Virus record (IMG/VR): IMGVR_UViG_3300017963_000011
Span: 1 to 64,000 of that record
Source of the DNA: a virus
Reading direction: 5' to 3' (one strand)
DNA length: 64,000 nucleotides
A program made the translations under genes and the position numbers. This document shows, piece after piece, positions 9,208 through 17,411 of this stretch. The notes under the pieces were generated by a model. It saw only the letters and a list, made by a program, of their open reading frames with translations. It was not told where the DNA came from and made no database searches. Position 1 is the first letter of the stretch. Every line of letters starts with the position of its first letter.

Positions 9208-9887
9208 TTCTCCTCTGCCGGTGGAAGAAGATTGAGCCCGATCTTGTCGAGCATCTTTAGTGTCTTGGTTGCTTGGTCTGGGTGGAAGTATGCATGCATG
9301 TTTGCCAGAAGCAGATCCATCTTTCTCATGAATACTTCGACAGCATCGGCCACTCGTTGGGTGGCAGGTAGTAGTGCTTTAGTCACTGGCTTATTCTTGA
9401 AATTCCAATGATCAGTTTTCTCGATATAACCCGTTTCTGGCATCCCGTCATTTGGTGAGACTTGCCAGCGGCGCTTGATTTTTTTGAACTTCTCATGTGG
9501 CTTTTTGGGTAGTTGATCCGGTTTTGGGATTGATACGTGGATTATTTTGCCGTCGTTGTGTGTGCCAACCGCGTAGTAATCGACTTCTACATTGATATCG
9601 AATTCGTCATCGTTGCCTCGGCCTCTTCCTCCGTGGATCTTGACGAGCATGTAGATCTCCCATTCCACGGAGTACCAGCCATTAAGATGTTCGATGATCT
9701 TGTTTTTGATTTCGTCTGCGCTGTCGTTGCGTATATTGAGCGATGAGTCCTTGTGCTTGGCCGTGAAGTAGATCTTGCTTTCTTCCATGAACTCTCCACA
9801 GGGCACGTGGATCTTCACAGGAACCTTGATCTTCAGGCCGTCGCGTTCCCACTCAACATCGAATGATTTCTTGCCTCGACGAGACAT
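9204..9887 (-). CDS. Hypothetical protein
   Basis: 227 aa ORF with GGTGA RBS. Confidence 0.7.
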   Translation of the reverse strand: MSRRGKKSFDVEWERDGLKIKVPVKIHVPCGEFMEESKIYFTAKHKDSSLNIRNDSADEIKNKIIEHLNGWYSVEWEIYMLVKIHGGRGRGNDDEFDINVEVDYYAVGTHNDGKIIHVSIPKPDQLPKKPHEKFKKIKRRWQVSPNDGMPETGYIEKTDHWNFKNKPVTKALLPATQRVADAVEVFMRKMDLLLANMHAYFHPDQATKTLKMLDKIGLNLLPPAEEK

Positions 9888-9928
9888 GCCATTTCACCGT
9901 CCTCTCGCGCTCCATCGTTATGGTAGCG

Positions 9929-10579
9929 CTACCATTTGTAGCGTAAGAATTTCAACGCTTCATTCCTGATCTGTCGAATGCGCTCACGGGAGAAGCCGTA
10001 GCTCTTGGCGATCTGCGAGAGAGTTTCCGCAGGACCGCTGATCCCGTAGTGGCGCATGATGATGTCGCGCGATCTCACATCAAGCATGAACAATCGCTCA
10101 ATGATATAGCGTTCTGAGGCGTCAGAAATCGATAATTCTTCAGGCGATTGATTTCTTGCGGCAGCGGGTGATGGATGCCTGTCAGTATCGTCAAGTGAGC
10201 AGACGTTCTCGACCTCGAAGATCTCTTTGACTTCACGCAATGGCATACCAAGATATTCCGCGATCTCGATAAGACTCGGCGTGCCGCCGAGTCGGCGCTT
10301 GGCGTCGTCGATTTTGACTTTGCGATTCCAGACGTGATGTGGAAACCGGATCGTTCTGCTCTCTCGCAAGTGTTGGCGAATGCGTTGCATGATCCAGTAG
10401 GTTGCATAGGTGCCGAAGCGAACACCAACGTCCGGGTTGTATTTGCGTGCAGCAAACAGCAAGCCGATCATCCCTTCCTGGAAGAGTTCCTCCCTCATGT
10501 TGGGAGGAAACCTTCTGATCAGCTTGTGGACGAGTCCTTTGTTGTCAACTATGCGCTCTGTTTCTGTCATTACTATCAT
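9929..10579 (-). CDS. Sigma70-family RNA polymerase sigma factor
   Basis: Region 2 (ELFQEGMIGLL..ARKYNPDVGVRFGTYATYWI) and region 4 (ETLSQIAKSYGFSRERIRQIRNEAL); start re-called at 10579 or 10570. Confidence 0.93.
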   Translation of the reverse strand: MIVMTETERIVDNKGLVHKLIRRFPPNMREELFQEGMIGLLFAARKYNPDVGVRFGTYATYWIMQRIRQHLRESRTIRFPHHVWNRKVKIDDAKRRLGGTPSLIEIAEYLGMPLREVKEIFEVENVCSLDDTDRHPSPAAARNQSPEELSISDASERYIIERLFMLDVRSRDIIMRHYGISGPAETLSQIAKSYGFSRERIRQIRNEALKFLRYKW

Positions 10580-10622
10580 CACAACTAGATATGCACGTAG
10601 ATGCGCGTTTGGTCGCGTACAT

Positions 10623-10847
10623 GACAAAAACCCTCCCGCGCTTCGGCTTTGTGGGCCTCTGCTCGGAAGGGCTCTTGTTGCTTCCACTTGCGTGGCACCG
10701 GACGTAGACGGCTAATCCTTCATCGCGTCTTTTTCCGGCCTAGCGTGAGAAGCCAGTCGGTACGGATCAGTCACCTCTGACTGCGCGCTTGGCCTTCATT
10801 CCGGCTTGGCTGGCGGTAGTCGCGCTTCCCGCTTCGCCCAAGCGAGC
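10623..10847 (-). ncRNA. Putative structured RNA/leader with terminator-like 3' stem
   Basis: Several hairpins including CCAC-GCAA-GUGG and a 15 bp G.U-rich closing stem containing a U run; lies between a promoter and the sigma gene. Confidence 0.55.
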
Positions 10848-10849
10848 AC

Positions 10850-10878
10850 AGTGTATCATGGCTATTCGTCCTCGTCAA
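10850..10878 (-). promoter_or_regulatory. Sigma70 promoter
   Basis: TTGACG-17 bp-TACACT with extended -10 TG. Confidence 0.75.
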
Positions 10879-11083
10879 GAATTTTTTCTTCCATATCTCT
10901 ATAGCGCTCCCAGAGCTTATCAGACATCTCTCCGACCTCATCGGCGACTATGAAAGAATAGATGTTCCATGCTTCATTTCCGTCCGGGTCGTACCCGCTT
11001 AGACGATTGTGCCCGCACCTTGGACAGATCACCACGTCGAGCATGCTTCCTTTGAATAGAGCTTGACATTTGTGGCACTTCAT
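10862..11083 (-). CDS. Zn-ribbon protein
   Basis: MKCHKC...CPRCG; start approximate. Confidence 0.5.
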   Translation of the reverse strand: MKCHKCQALFKGSMLDVVICPRCGHNRLSGYDPDGNEAWNIYSFIVADEVGEMSDKLWERYRDMEEKILDEDE

Positions 11084-11318
11084 CGTCCCTGTCATCTTCG
11101 TTCTCACATTCCATGTCCCCGAGCGGGTATGTGCCAGTGACGGCTTCGATCCTGTGAAGTCTGTCTTCAACGTTGTCGATGCGCTTGTCGTCGAGGTCTC
11201 GAAAGTAACACGATGTGTAGTAACAAGCAAACACGGTCACACAGATGAAGCCGACCATCAAGGCGATCCAGGGGAGTTCTTTACAAGCAATTTTGCACAA
11301 GACGGATTTGTCTACCAT
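10974..11318 (-). CDS. Putative membrane protein
   Basis: Start re-called at MVDKSV; hydrophobic LPWIALMVGFICVTVFACYY then coiled coil; 3' end overlaps next ORF. Confidence 0.45.
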   Translation of the reverse strand: MVDKSVLCKIACKELPWIALMVGFICVTVFACYYTSCYFRDLDDKRIDNVEDRLHRIEAVTGTYPLGDMECENEDDRDDEVPQMSSSIQRKHARRGDLSKVRAQSSKRVRPGRK

Positions 11319-11587
11319 TCCGAATACACCTTTCCTTTGATGATTTGGAGCTTGCCGTTCATGGCCTCTTGGGTGAGATCGATCGATTTTTTCTCTTTGT
11401 TGAGAACGAACACGCGCGGCATTCGTTTCGGGAGTTTGGCAACGCACCAAGGCATGCCGTGCTTTTTGAGCATCTTCTGCATGAATGCTACGCACGTTTT
11501 GATGTTGTACGTTTTCTGCTGCGCGTCCCTTTTGGTTGCTTCTTCTTGGAGTTTGTCTGTGAATCCGATGACGGGCATTCGATCCAT
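11312..11587 (-). CDS. Hypothetical protein
   Basis: GAGGAAGG RBS. Confidence 0.55.
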   Translation of the reverse strand: MDRMPVIGFTDKLQEEATKRDAQQKTYNIKTCVAFMQKMLKKHGMPWCVAKLPKRMPRVFVLNKEKKSIDLTQEAMNGKLQIIKGKVYSEW

Positions 11588-11811
11588 CCTTCCTCGTTAA
11601 GTCCTGTTTTCTCAGAAATGTAGTCGGTATGGAGTTTAAGGATTGACTCTCCGCTTGCCAGGAGTCCAGTGATCGGTGCGGTTGGCCAGAAAGCGTAGAT
11701 GTGCTCTCCTGCTTTTTGTATCCGTGCTCTTGCATCGTTCAAAGCAACGAGTAGATCGACTACTGCGATTGCTGGCAGCGTGACGGTATCGTTCGCATTC
11801 ACTTTTGCCAC
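11488..11811 (-). CDS. Hypothetical protein
   Basis: ORF in gene run. Confidence 0.5.
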   Translation of the reverse strand: MAKVNANDTVTLPAIAVVDLLVALNDARARIQKAGEHIYAFWPTAPITGLLASGESILKLHTDYISEKTGLNEEGWIECPSSDSQTNSKKKQPKGTRSRKRTTSKRA

Positions 11812-11812
11812 A

Positions 11813-11905
11813 TCAACCTTCTTTCACACAAGCCGGCATAGCCAACGGTAGCAGAATCGCGTAAGCGAGTATGAGGTAAATGATGTCCATCAATTCCTTC
11901 GTCAT
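11813..11905 (-). CDS. 30 aa hydrophobic peptide MTKELMDIIYLILAYAILLPLAMPACVKEG (not in ORF track)
   Basis: ATG directly follows palindrome; fills the gap; one TM-like stretch. Confidence 0.45.
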   Translation of the reverse strand: MTKELMDIIYLILAYAILLPLAMPACVKEG

Positions 11906-11912
11906 GGTAGCG

Positions 11913-12464
11913 CTACCACTTGACCTTTCTTTTGACTGATACGCGCTTGATTTTGCCAGTGTCGATGTCTGTTCCAAGGTCAATGTCGAGATCTACTTCA
12001 TCGGATGCAACGAGGCCGTGTTGCATTAAAATCTCGATCAACTTTTCACGTAAGCTACGTTGCCTTTGTTGTGTTGCTCTTGCTTCTAACGCTGTTTGAA
12101 CAGCAGCATCGATAGATGCTTGATCTATGCGGGCGCGTCTTCGTTGTCGAGCACGCCGAATACGATGTCCCCTTTCTGTATTAGGGTCATATATTTCTAC
12201 TCCTTCTGTGGCAGTTTCTTCTGGTTCATCGAATTGACCATTAAAAGCGGCATGGAGTCCATCCATGTCTGGTGTGTTAAGTGTCATGTCAATACGGATA
12301 GTTGGACAGAGATATCTACCACCGTCTTCGTAATTGTATTCCATCTCCCAGCGTTCCATGCTGCACCAAGTGCCGTCGCCTTTTTCGATGGCAGCGAGAA
12401 GCCAGCGGGCAAATGCTACAGCCTGAACATTTACACTCTGCCCGAATGTGTTGACTATTGCCAT
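11913..12464 (-). CDS. Hypothetical protein
   Basis: TAATG-coupled; stop inside palindrome. Confidence 0.65.
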   Translation of the reverse strand: MAIVNTFGQSVNVQAVAFARWLLAAIEKGDGTWCSMERWEMEYNYEDGGRYLCPTIRIDMTLNTPDMDGLHAAFNGQFDEPEETATEGVEIYDPNTERGHRIRRARQRRRARIDQASIDAAVQTALEARATQQRQRSLREKLIEILMQHGLVASDEVDLDIDLGTDIDTGKIKRVSVKRKVKW

Positions 12465-13666
12465 TATGCTGCCATCCTTTCACAGAACTCTATTCTTGCT
12501 CTTGCAATTTCGGCATATCTTTCATCTTTTTCTATGCCGAGAAAATCGATTCCTTTACGCACGGCTGCGCATCCGAACGAACCACTGCCGATGAATGGAT
12601 CGAGAACTCTCCCATTCTCTGGCACAACGAGATCGCATAGCCACTCCAAGAGGGAAATGGGTTTGACCGTTGGGTGCGGGTTCTTACGCTCGACAGGTGC
12701 CCACTTCGCATCGTGCTCTAGGCCACCGGGATTGACTCTATGAAGCATCAGAGTCGGGAGTTCTTCCAGGCCAGCTTCGCGTTCTTTTTTACTGGCCTTG
12801 GGGATGTAGCGGAAGCAAGGATAGAATATATCTGCATAGCCTAGTTCTTCGTATCCTTTTCTCGGTGCTGTCTTGCTCTTACAGCCACCGCAATAGTTTA
12901 TTTTACCCTTGCGTGAGTGGCTTCCCCTTCTTCGTATTCCTGCATGTAATTGCAAGTACGCAACTGGACAATCTGGCGCGCATAGGCCATTTTCCTCGCA
13001 ATCTGGAGAATGCGAGAATAAGAGATTGGGCGGCCAGCGCCCGTCTGGTTCATCTTGTCTGCCGGCGCCAAGCCCTCTTCCAAGAATAAGATTGTTCTTC
13101 TTTTTCTTTCTTGGTCTGACAAGTTTGTCTTTGCTTATGACTTCACATTTACGAATGTTGAGATAGCCTGTGCCAGTAGTGATGTCTTGCTTCTTAATTG
13201 AATTTTCGCTTAGTGGTTTGCGCACCATGATAATGGGCTCATGCGCCGGTTTAAGCGCTGTGCCAAGCCCGCGTTCTTTGTCATTGGTAGACTTGGGAAA
13301 CCCGGATGAATAGATCCAGTCTATCGAGTCACGCACGTCGAAACCGGCTAGTCTGAGCGAGATATCCATTAGACCAAGTGTGCGAGCCGATGCGAATACG
13401 AGCCCGTGCGCGCCAGGTTTCATCTTATCCATGATCTCTGCCCAGATGAAAGGAGGTGGAACGCACTTGTCCCACTCCTCTCGCATGAAGCCACCCGGCG
13501 AGACATACTCCATGCCGGAGTCCCAACGCATCCAGGCGCGGAGAAGACCGCGCAGGTTGTAGACGTCTCCCATGCCGTAGGGCGGATCGGTGATGAGCGC
13601 ATCGAATGATTCTGGTTTGATGCGCTCTAGCGCGTCTTCGCATTTAGCTCGTATGATCTTCCACAT
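12464..13666 (-). CDS. DNA methyltransferase (N6-A/N4-C family)
   Basis: ITDPPYG, GFPKS, LKPAHEPI, HPTVKP, VLDPFIGSGS motifs. Confidence 0.93.
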   Translation of the reverse strand: MWKIIRAKCEDALERIKPESFDALITDPPYGMGDVYNLRGLLRAWMRWDSGMEYVSPGGFMREEWDKCVPPPFIWAEIMDKMKPGAHGLVFASARTLGLMDISLRLAGFDVRDSIDWIYSSGFPKSTNDKERGLGTALKPAHEPIIMVRKPLSENSIKKQDITTGTGYLNIRKCEVISKDKLVRPRKKKKNNLILGRGLGAGRQDEPDGRWPPNLLFSHSPDCEENGLCAPDCPVAYLQLHAGIRRRGSHSRKGKINYCGGCKSKTAPRKGYEELGYADIFYPCFRYIPKASKKEREAGLEELPTLMLHRVNPGGLEHDAKWAPVERKNPHPTVKPISLLEWLCDLVVPENGRVLDPFIGSGSFGCAAVRKGIDFLGIEKDERYAEIARARIEFCERMAA

Positions 13667-13941
13667 TAGCTTAGTGAGTTGTCAGGCTGGATGAAGAATT
13701 TCGGTTCACGCATCGTTAGTGTGTCGTCCATCTCTTTGTTGTACGGAGTTCCTTCGTACATCGGCGGCACGGCGAAGATGATCTTGCCATCGAACCATTT
13801 CACATACGTAACCCAGATACCTTTGCAGGTCGTGCATCGGCTCATATAGGCCACTTCTTTGTCTTTGCCTATTGTGTCTGGCGCAGTCTCTACCCCACAG
13901 TGCGGGCATTCGACTAGATTATGGAGCGGCAGTCTCGTCAT
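13666..13941 (-). CDS. Zn-ribbon protein
   Basis: CPHCG...CTTCK; start re-called at MTRLPL. Confidence 0.55.
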   Translation of the reverse strand: MTRLPLHNLVECPHCGVETAPDTIGKDKEVAYMSRCTTCKGIWVTYVKWFDGKIIFAVPPMYEGTPYNKEMDDTLTMREPKFFIQPDNSLS

Positions 13942-14116
13942 TGAGTTTCTCCCCGTTCTCGTCGTATTCTTTGATACCACTGAAGCAGTAGTCGTCGTGT
14001 GCGGTGATAGGCCACTTGTGATCGTCGACAGGAGGCCCTAGCTTGCACCGGCCAGTACGTGAGTGACCGCGCTTGCCTCGCGGAGCCCAGGCTGCACACT
14101 CTTGACAGAACGTCAC
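13919..14116 (-). CDS. Small Cys-rich protein
   Basis: CQECAAW...GRC..GPP...WP....DYC; start approximate. Confidence 0.5.
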   Translation of the reverse strand: MTFCQECAAWAPRGKRGHSRTGRCKLGPPVDDHKWPITAHDDYCFSGIKEYDENGEKLNDETAAP

Positions 14117-14117
14117 A

Positions 14118-14447
14118 TCACTCTTCGCCTTGCGTGAGTTCGTCGAAGATTTCTTTGAGCCATGCAAGATGACACAAGAGGTTGTGCCGATCCCTTGACG
14201 AATAAGTGGACACGAGAGGATCGAGGGGGTCGAGTTCTCGCGCGTCTCTTGCTCGGATGCCATCGAGTTCCTCCTGCGCAATCATCCTTGGGATGACAGG
14301 TCTGTGTTTACGTTTCAGATTTCCAAGTCTTTGCTCGGCAACCCATTCTTTTGTGAATGAGCAAGAACGGGCATAGTTCCTGCCCAGGTATCCTTTTCCA
14401 CAGCACACTGGACAGACCGGGAGTTCGGATTTCTTTTTCTTAGCCAT
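14118..14447 (-). CDS. Hypothetical protein with CxxC
   Basis: CPVCCGKG. Confidence 0.55.
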   Translation of the reverse strand: MAKKKKSELPVCPVCCGKGYLGRNYARSCSFTKEWVAEQRLGNLKRKHRPVIPRMIAQEELDGIRARDARELDPLDPLVSTYSSRDRHNLLCHLAWLKEIFDELTQGEE

Positions 14448-14784
14448 TGGGCATCAGGAAGAAGCGAAAGCCTGCATTGGCCAGGCGTTTGAGTGCTGAG
14501 ATCTCATCTTCATCCAAGCCGGCATCTCGTAAGGAGGAAAGAAGCCTTTCATCTTTGATCTTTTCATCGAGCTTACCTAGCCAGTGACTTCCGAAATCCC
14601 AGGGTTCTGTTCCGAACGCTGCGAATAGATCTTCGCTTGTACCACGCGTGGGGCACACATGGACTAGCGTTGCGATCTTGGTATTTTCCTTTACGCACTC
14701 ATAGTAGTTCTCTGGATAGTCGAGACAGTCTACGATCTTCTTTTGAAACTTACCGATTGCGAAAAGTTCAGCGTTCATGCCCAT
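14440..14784 (-). CDS. Hypothetical protein
   Basis: TGATG-coupled to thyX. Confidence 0.7.
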   Translation of the reverse strand: MGMNAELFAIGKFQKKIVDCLDYPENYYECVKENTKIATLVHVCPTRGTSEDLFAAFGTEPWDFGSHWLGKLDEKIKDERLLSSLRDAGLDEDEISALKRLANAGFRFFLMPNG

Positions 14785-15470
14785 CAGAGATACTCTTCTT
14801 TCAGGTCATCGAATACAGGAGCGAACCGCTCTGCAAAATCCCTGAGAAGGCCGAGCATCAGCGAAACCATGTCCGGGTGCGCAGCCTTGTTGCAGCGCAG
14901 AGAGAAGATGTGGCGCCACTCACGGAGGTTGGCTTTGCAAATCACCTCAGTCTTGAGGCTGTTTGGGAGCACGTCGCGGGCGCCTTGCGGTGGAAGACCA
15001 CGCTGGCGTAGCATGTGATAGAACTCTTCGGCCGTGATCATCGCATTCCACCACTCGTGTTCAATGTCATCCCAGGACATCCTGTCGCTGCTATCGTTAT
15101 GGATGCCGATGGGGATGTTGGGGCAGAAGAACGGGATCACGAACCTGACGTGATCTTTCTCTTCACCTGTCCCGTAGTCACAGTAGCGGCTCGACTCTTG
15201 GAGGAAAGAGCAGAGCCGATGGCGCACGAGTTCATGAGAGATGCCTCGATCGCAGATGAAGCGAACTGTGACATCCCAGAACTCGAATACGGTCCAGTGC
15301 CCACGCTTGATGAGCTTCTTGATGAGTTGAATGTCGGTGCCTGGGGCTATCTTGGCCTCGCTCTTGTAGCAGTTACGAGCGCACAGTTCCAGGAACCCCG
15401 ACCAGTCCATGACGATACCACCAGGGGCGGAACCGTTCATGATCTTGGCGCTTTGCTTAACTAGGATCAT
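14784..15470 (-). CDS. thyX: FAD-dependent thymidylate synthase
   Basis: GH..VFE, SHELVRHRLCSFLQESSRYC, ARDVLPN, NLREWRH..LR motifs. Confidence 0.95.
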   Translation of the reverse strand: MILVKQSAKIMNGSAPGGIVMDWSGFLELCARNCYKSEAKIAPGTDIQLIKKLIKRGHWTVFEFWDVTVRFICDRGISHELVRHRLCSFLQESSRYCDYGTGEEKDHVRFVIPFFCPNIPIGIHNDSSDRMSWDDIEHEWWNAMITAEEFYHMLRQRGLPPQGARDVLPNSLKTEVICKANLREWRHIFSLRCNKAAHPDMVSLMLGLLRDFAERFAPVFDDLKEEYL

Positions 15471-15709
15471 ACTCCGTTCCTCTCAGTGTCAGTGACACCA
15501 TTGAGATGGACGGCCCAGCGGCAGATAGGCTTGTTCTTGCGGTCGTTGAAGAGTAACAGGGCGCCGATGCACTCGACGTGTGCTACGTCTTTCACGGGCA
15601 GTGCCCAAATGTCGCCATCTAAGCTGCATACCTCAAGATCATCATCGTACCTGGGGTCGTTGATGATCTTCCTGAATTCTTTTAACTTCATGCGGGCTGG
15701 GCTTTCCAC
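15467..15709 (-). CDS. Hypothetical protein
   Basis: Overlap-coupled ORF. Confidence 0.55.
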   Translation of the reverse strand: MESPARMKLKEFRKIINDPRYDDDLEVCSLDGDIWALPVKDVAHVECIGALLLFNDRKNKPICRWAVHLNGVTDTERNGV

Positions 15710-16455
15710 TAGATCTTCACCAGTCTCCGTAGTTTCTTTCCAGATGGCTTCGACATCATGCTCTTGGCCAAATCGATGACTTGACGCATTGTGCCAAGCT
15801 CTTGTTGCGCGTGTCTCAGATCGTCCATCGTGATTGTGAATTCACATTTGACATGACTCCAATCTTTCTCGGTATCTATTTTCTTGATCCTCTTGTCGAA
15901 TTGTGACCATTGACTACGTTCCTCGGGCGGCTTCTTCAATTCCAGATACATGAAGAGAAGCATAGCAGCGAGGATTTCATCTCTGATCTCGTGGTAGCCT
16001 TCCTCATCATCCATGCCAGTGCTGTCATAGAATGAGATGGCATTTCCGTTTGGATCTACAATGGTATCGCCGCCGGCCCAACCTTGCATTCCGCCTTGTA
16101 GGCTGACGAGGACGTTTCCATTCTCGTCGGCTTCACTGATAGCTGTGCCGATGATACCTGGATTTGTTGATTCTCCGTTGAGATTTCCACCAGCGCCAGC
16201 GGTTACGAGATCGCCGGCTCGGATTGGGGCACCGCTTGTTGAGACGGCATTTCCGATTTCTACGACTCCATGCCGAGTTACATCAACAGCAGTTCCTTCA
16301 GCATGACGTGATCTGGGCGGTTCGACAGCAAAGACTTCGTTGGGCAGAGAGCATTGCCGGGCAATCATCTTTGCCATTTGTTCTGCCCATGCTGGTGTAA
16401 TTTCCCCGTTTATTTGAATCTGATTGAAGATGATGTTGTCGTTTTTCTTTGCCAT
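15709..16455 (-). CDS. Protein with capsid-cement (DUF2190-like) domain, ending RRLVKI
   Basis: VDVTRHGVVEI...APIRAGDLVTAGAGG...IIGTAISEADENGNVLVSL. Confidence 0.55.
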   Translation of the reverse strand: MAKKNDNIIFNQIQINGEITPAWAEQMAKMIARQCSLPNEVFAVEPPRSRHAEGTAVDVTRHGVVEIGNAVSTSGAPIRAGDLVTAGAGGNLNGESTNPGIIGTAISEADENGNVLVSLQGGMQGWAGGDTIVDPNGNAISFYDSTGMDDEEGYHEIRDEILAAMLLFMYLELKKPPEERSQWSQFDKRIKKIDTEKDWSHVKCEFTITMDDLRHAQQELGTMRQVIDLAKSMMSKPSGKKLRRLVKI

Positions 16456-16483
16456 TGCGCGCCGCCCGTTGTAGCGCTACCAT

Positions 16484-16687
16484 CTAGTAGCGAGGTCGCT
16501 TGTCGGAAAATACGTGCCGATATCCAGTCGTCTTGTAGTCTTTGACGACTTTCTTTTTGAGGAAATACTTCTTTGCCAAGTGCGTTACTCCGCGCTTGGT
16601 CATCTTGCCTTTGCGCACGATCGTGATGGCTTCCGGTCGAGCATCATCGACCAGCTTCACTACTGTCCACCATTTCTTCATACCCAT
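16484..16687 (-). CDS. Small basic protein
   Basis: AAAGGA RBS, downstream of promoter. Confidence 0.6.
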   Translation of the reverse strand: MGMKKWWTVVKLVDDARPEAITIVRKGKMTKRGVTHLAKKYFLKKKVVKDYKTTGYRHVFSDKRPRY

Positions 16688-16711
16688 TGTTCGTCCTTTC
16701 TAGGGGCACAT

Positions 16712-16740
16712 AGTATAGCGTGTTACTGAGTGCCACTCAA
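16712..16740 (-). promoter_or_regulatory. Sigma70 promoter
   Basis: TTGAGT-17 bp-TATACT. Confidence 0.65.
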
Positions 16741-17136
16741 GATGATATATACGCCCGTACCGTCTCTGCCTATACTATGCAGAGTTAGGCTATACGAGAC
16801 GAGCGGGCCTTGGATATTTTGTAGAGGCGCGGGTAGTCTTTGAACCCATTGAGTCTGCATGGGTTTGTCAAATATTTTTGGATCTCCCTCGTTGAAAGTG
16901 ATGGTTCCCCATGCGGCGTTTTGTTGAGGTGTGATGTTGCGAACCCACACTGGCGATGGGATTGGAACTCTTGACATTTCTGAGTTGGCAGCGCTCAACT
17001 CGGAAACGTAGATCTTTGTCGCTGGGAAGCCGGCATTGGTATCTGGCCCGTGACATCCCAGGATGCAAAGAAGAAGAATGGCCCCGGCTACTCGCCGGGG
17101 CCGTAGAAAGGACGGTTGACAATGGCAATCAACCAT
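16723..17136 (-). CDS. Putative lipoprotein
   Basis: RRVAGAILLLCILGC lipobox-like signal. Confidence 0.5.
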   Translation of the reverse strand: MVDCHCQPSFLRPRRVAGAILLLCILGCHGPDTNAGFPATKIYVSELSAANSEMSRVPIPSPVWVRNITPQQNAAWGTITFNEGDPKIFDKPMQTQWVQRLPAPLQNIQGPLVSYSLTLHSIGRDGTGVYIILSGTQ

Positions 17137-17144
17137 TAGGAAGA

Positions 17145-17411
17145 CTACCCTTCTTTTTCACGATTGTCAACGGCTTCCGCGTTGCGGGCACCGTAGTATT
17201 TTGATCCGAGGGCTCCAATGGTGAACATGAGAAGGCCGTTGCCGAGGAGACCCATCCAGCCCCACTTGATCCATGCGTTGACCCATGATGCGAGAAAAGC
17301 GATCACTGCCGAGATGAGACATGTGAGCACGAAGAAGCCGTACTCCAGAGCATACGGCTTTACTTCTTCATTCGTCGTCGAATTCATCTTCTGTTTCTCC
17401 GTCTTCTTCAA
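17145..17411 (-). CDS. Two-TM membrane protein
   Basis: Two hydrophobic helices. Confidence 0.6.
   Translation of the reverse strand: MKKTEKQKMNSTTNEEVKPYALEYGFFVLTCLISAVIAFLASWVNAWIKWGWMGLLGNGLLMFTIGALGSKYYGARNAEAVDNREKEG

Noticed and set aside
10580-10687. N-terminal extension of the sigma factor given in the ORF track
   Set aside because: Overlaps the terminator-like stem and has no sigma-like sequence; start near 10579/10570 is more plausible
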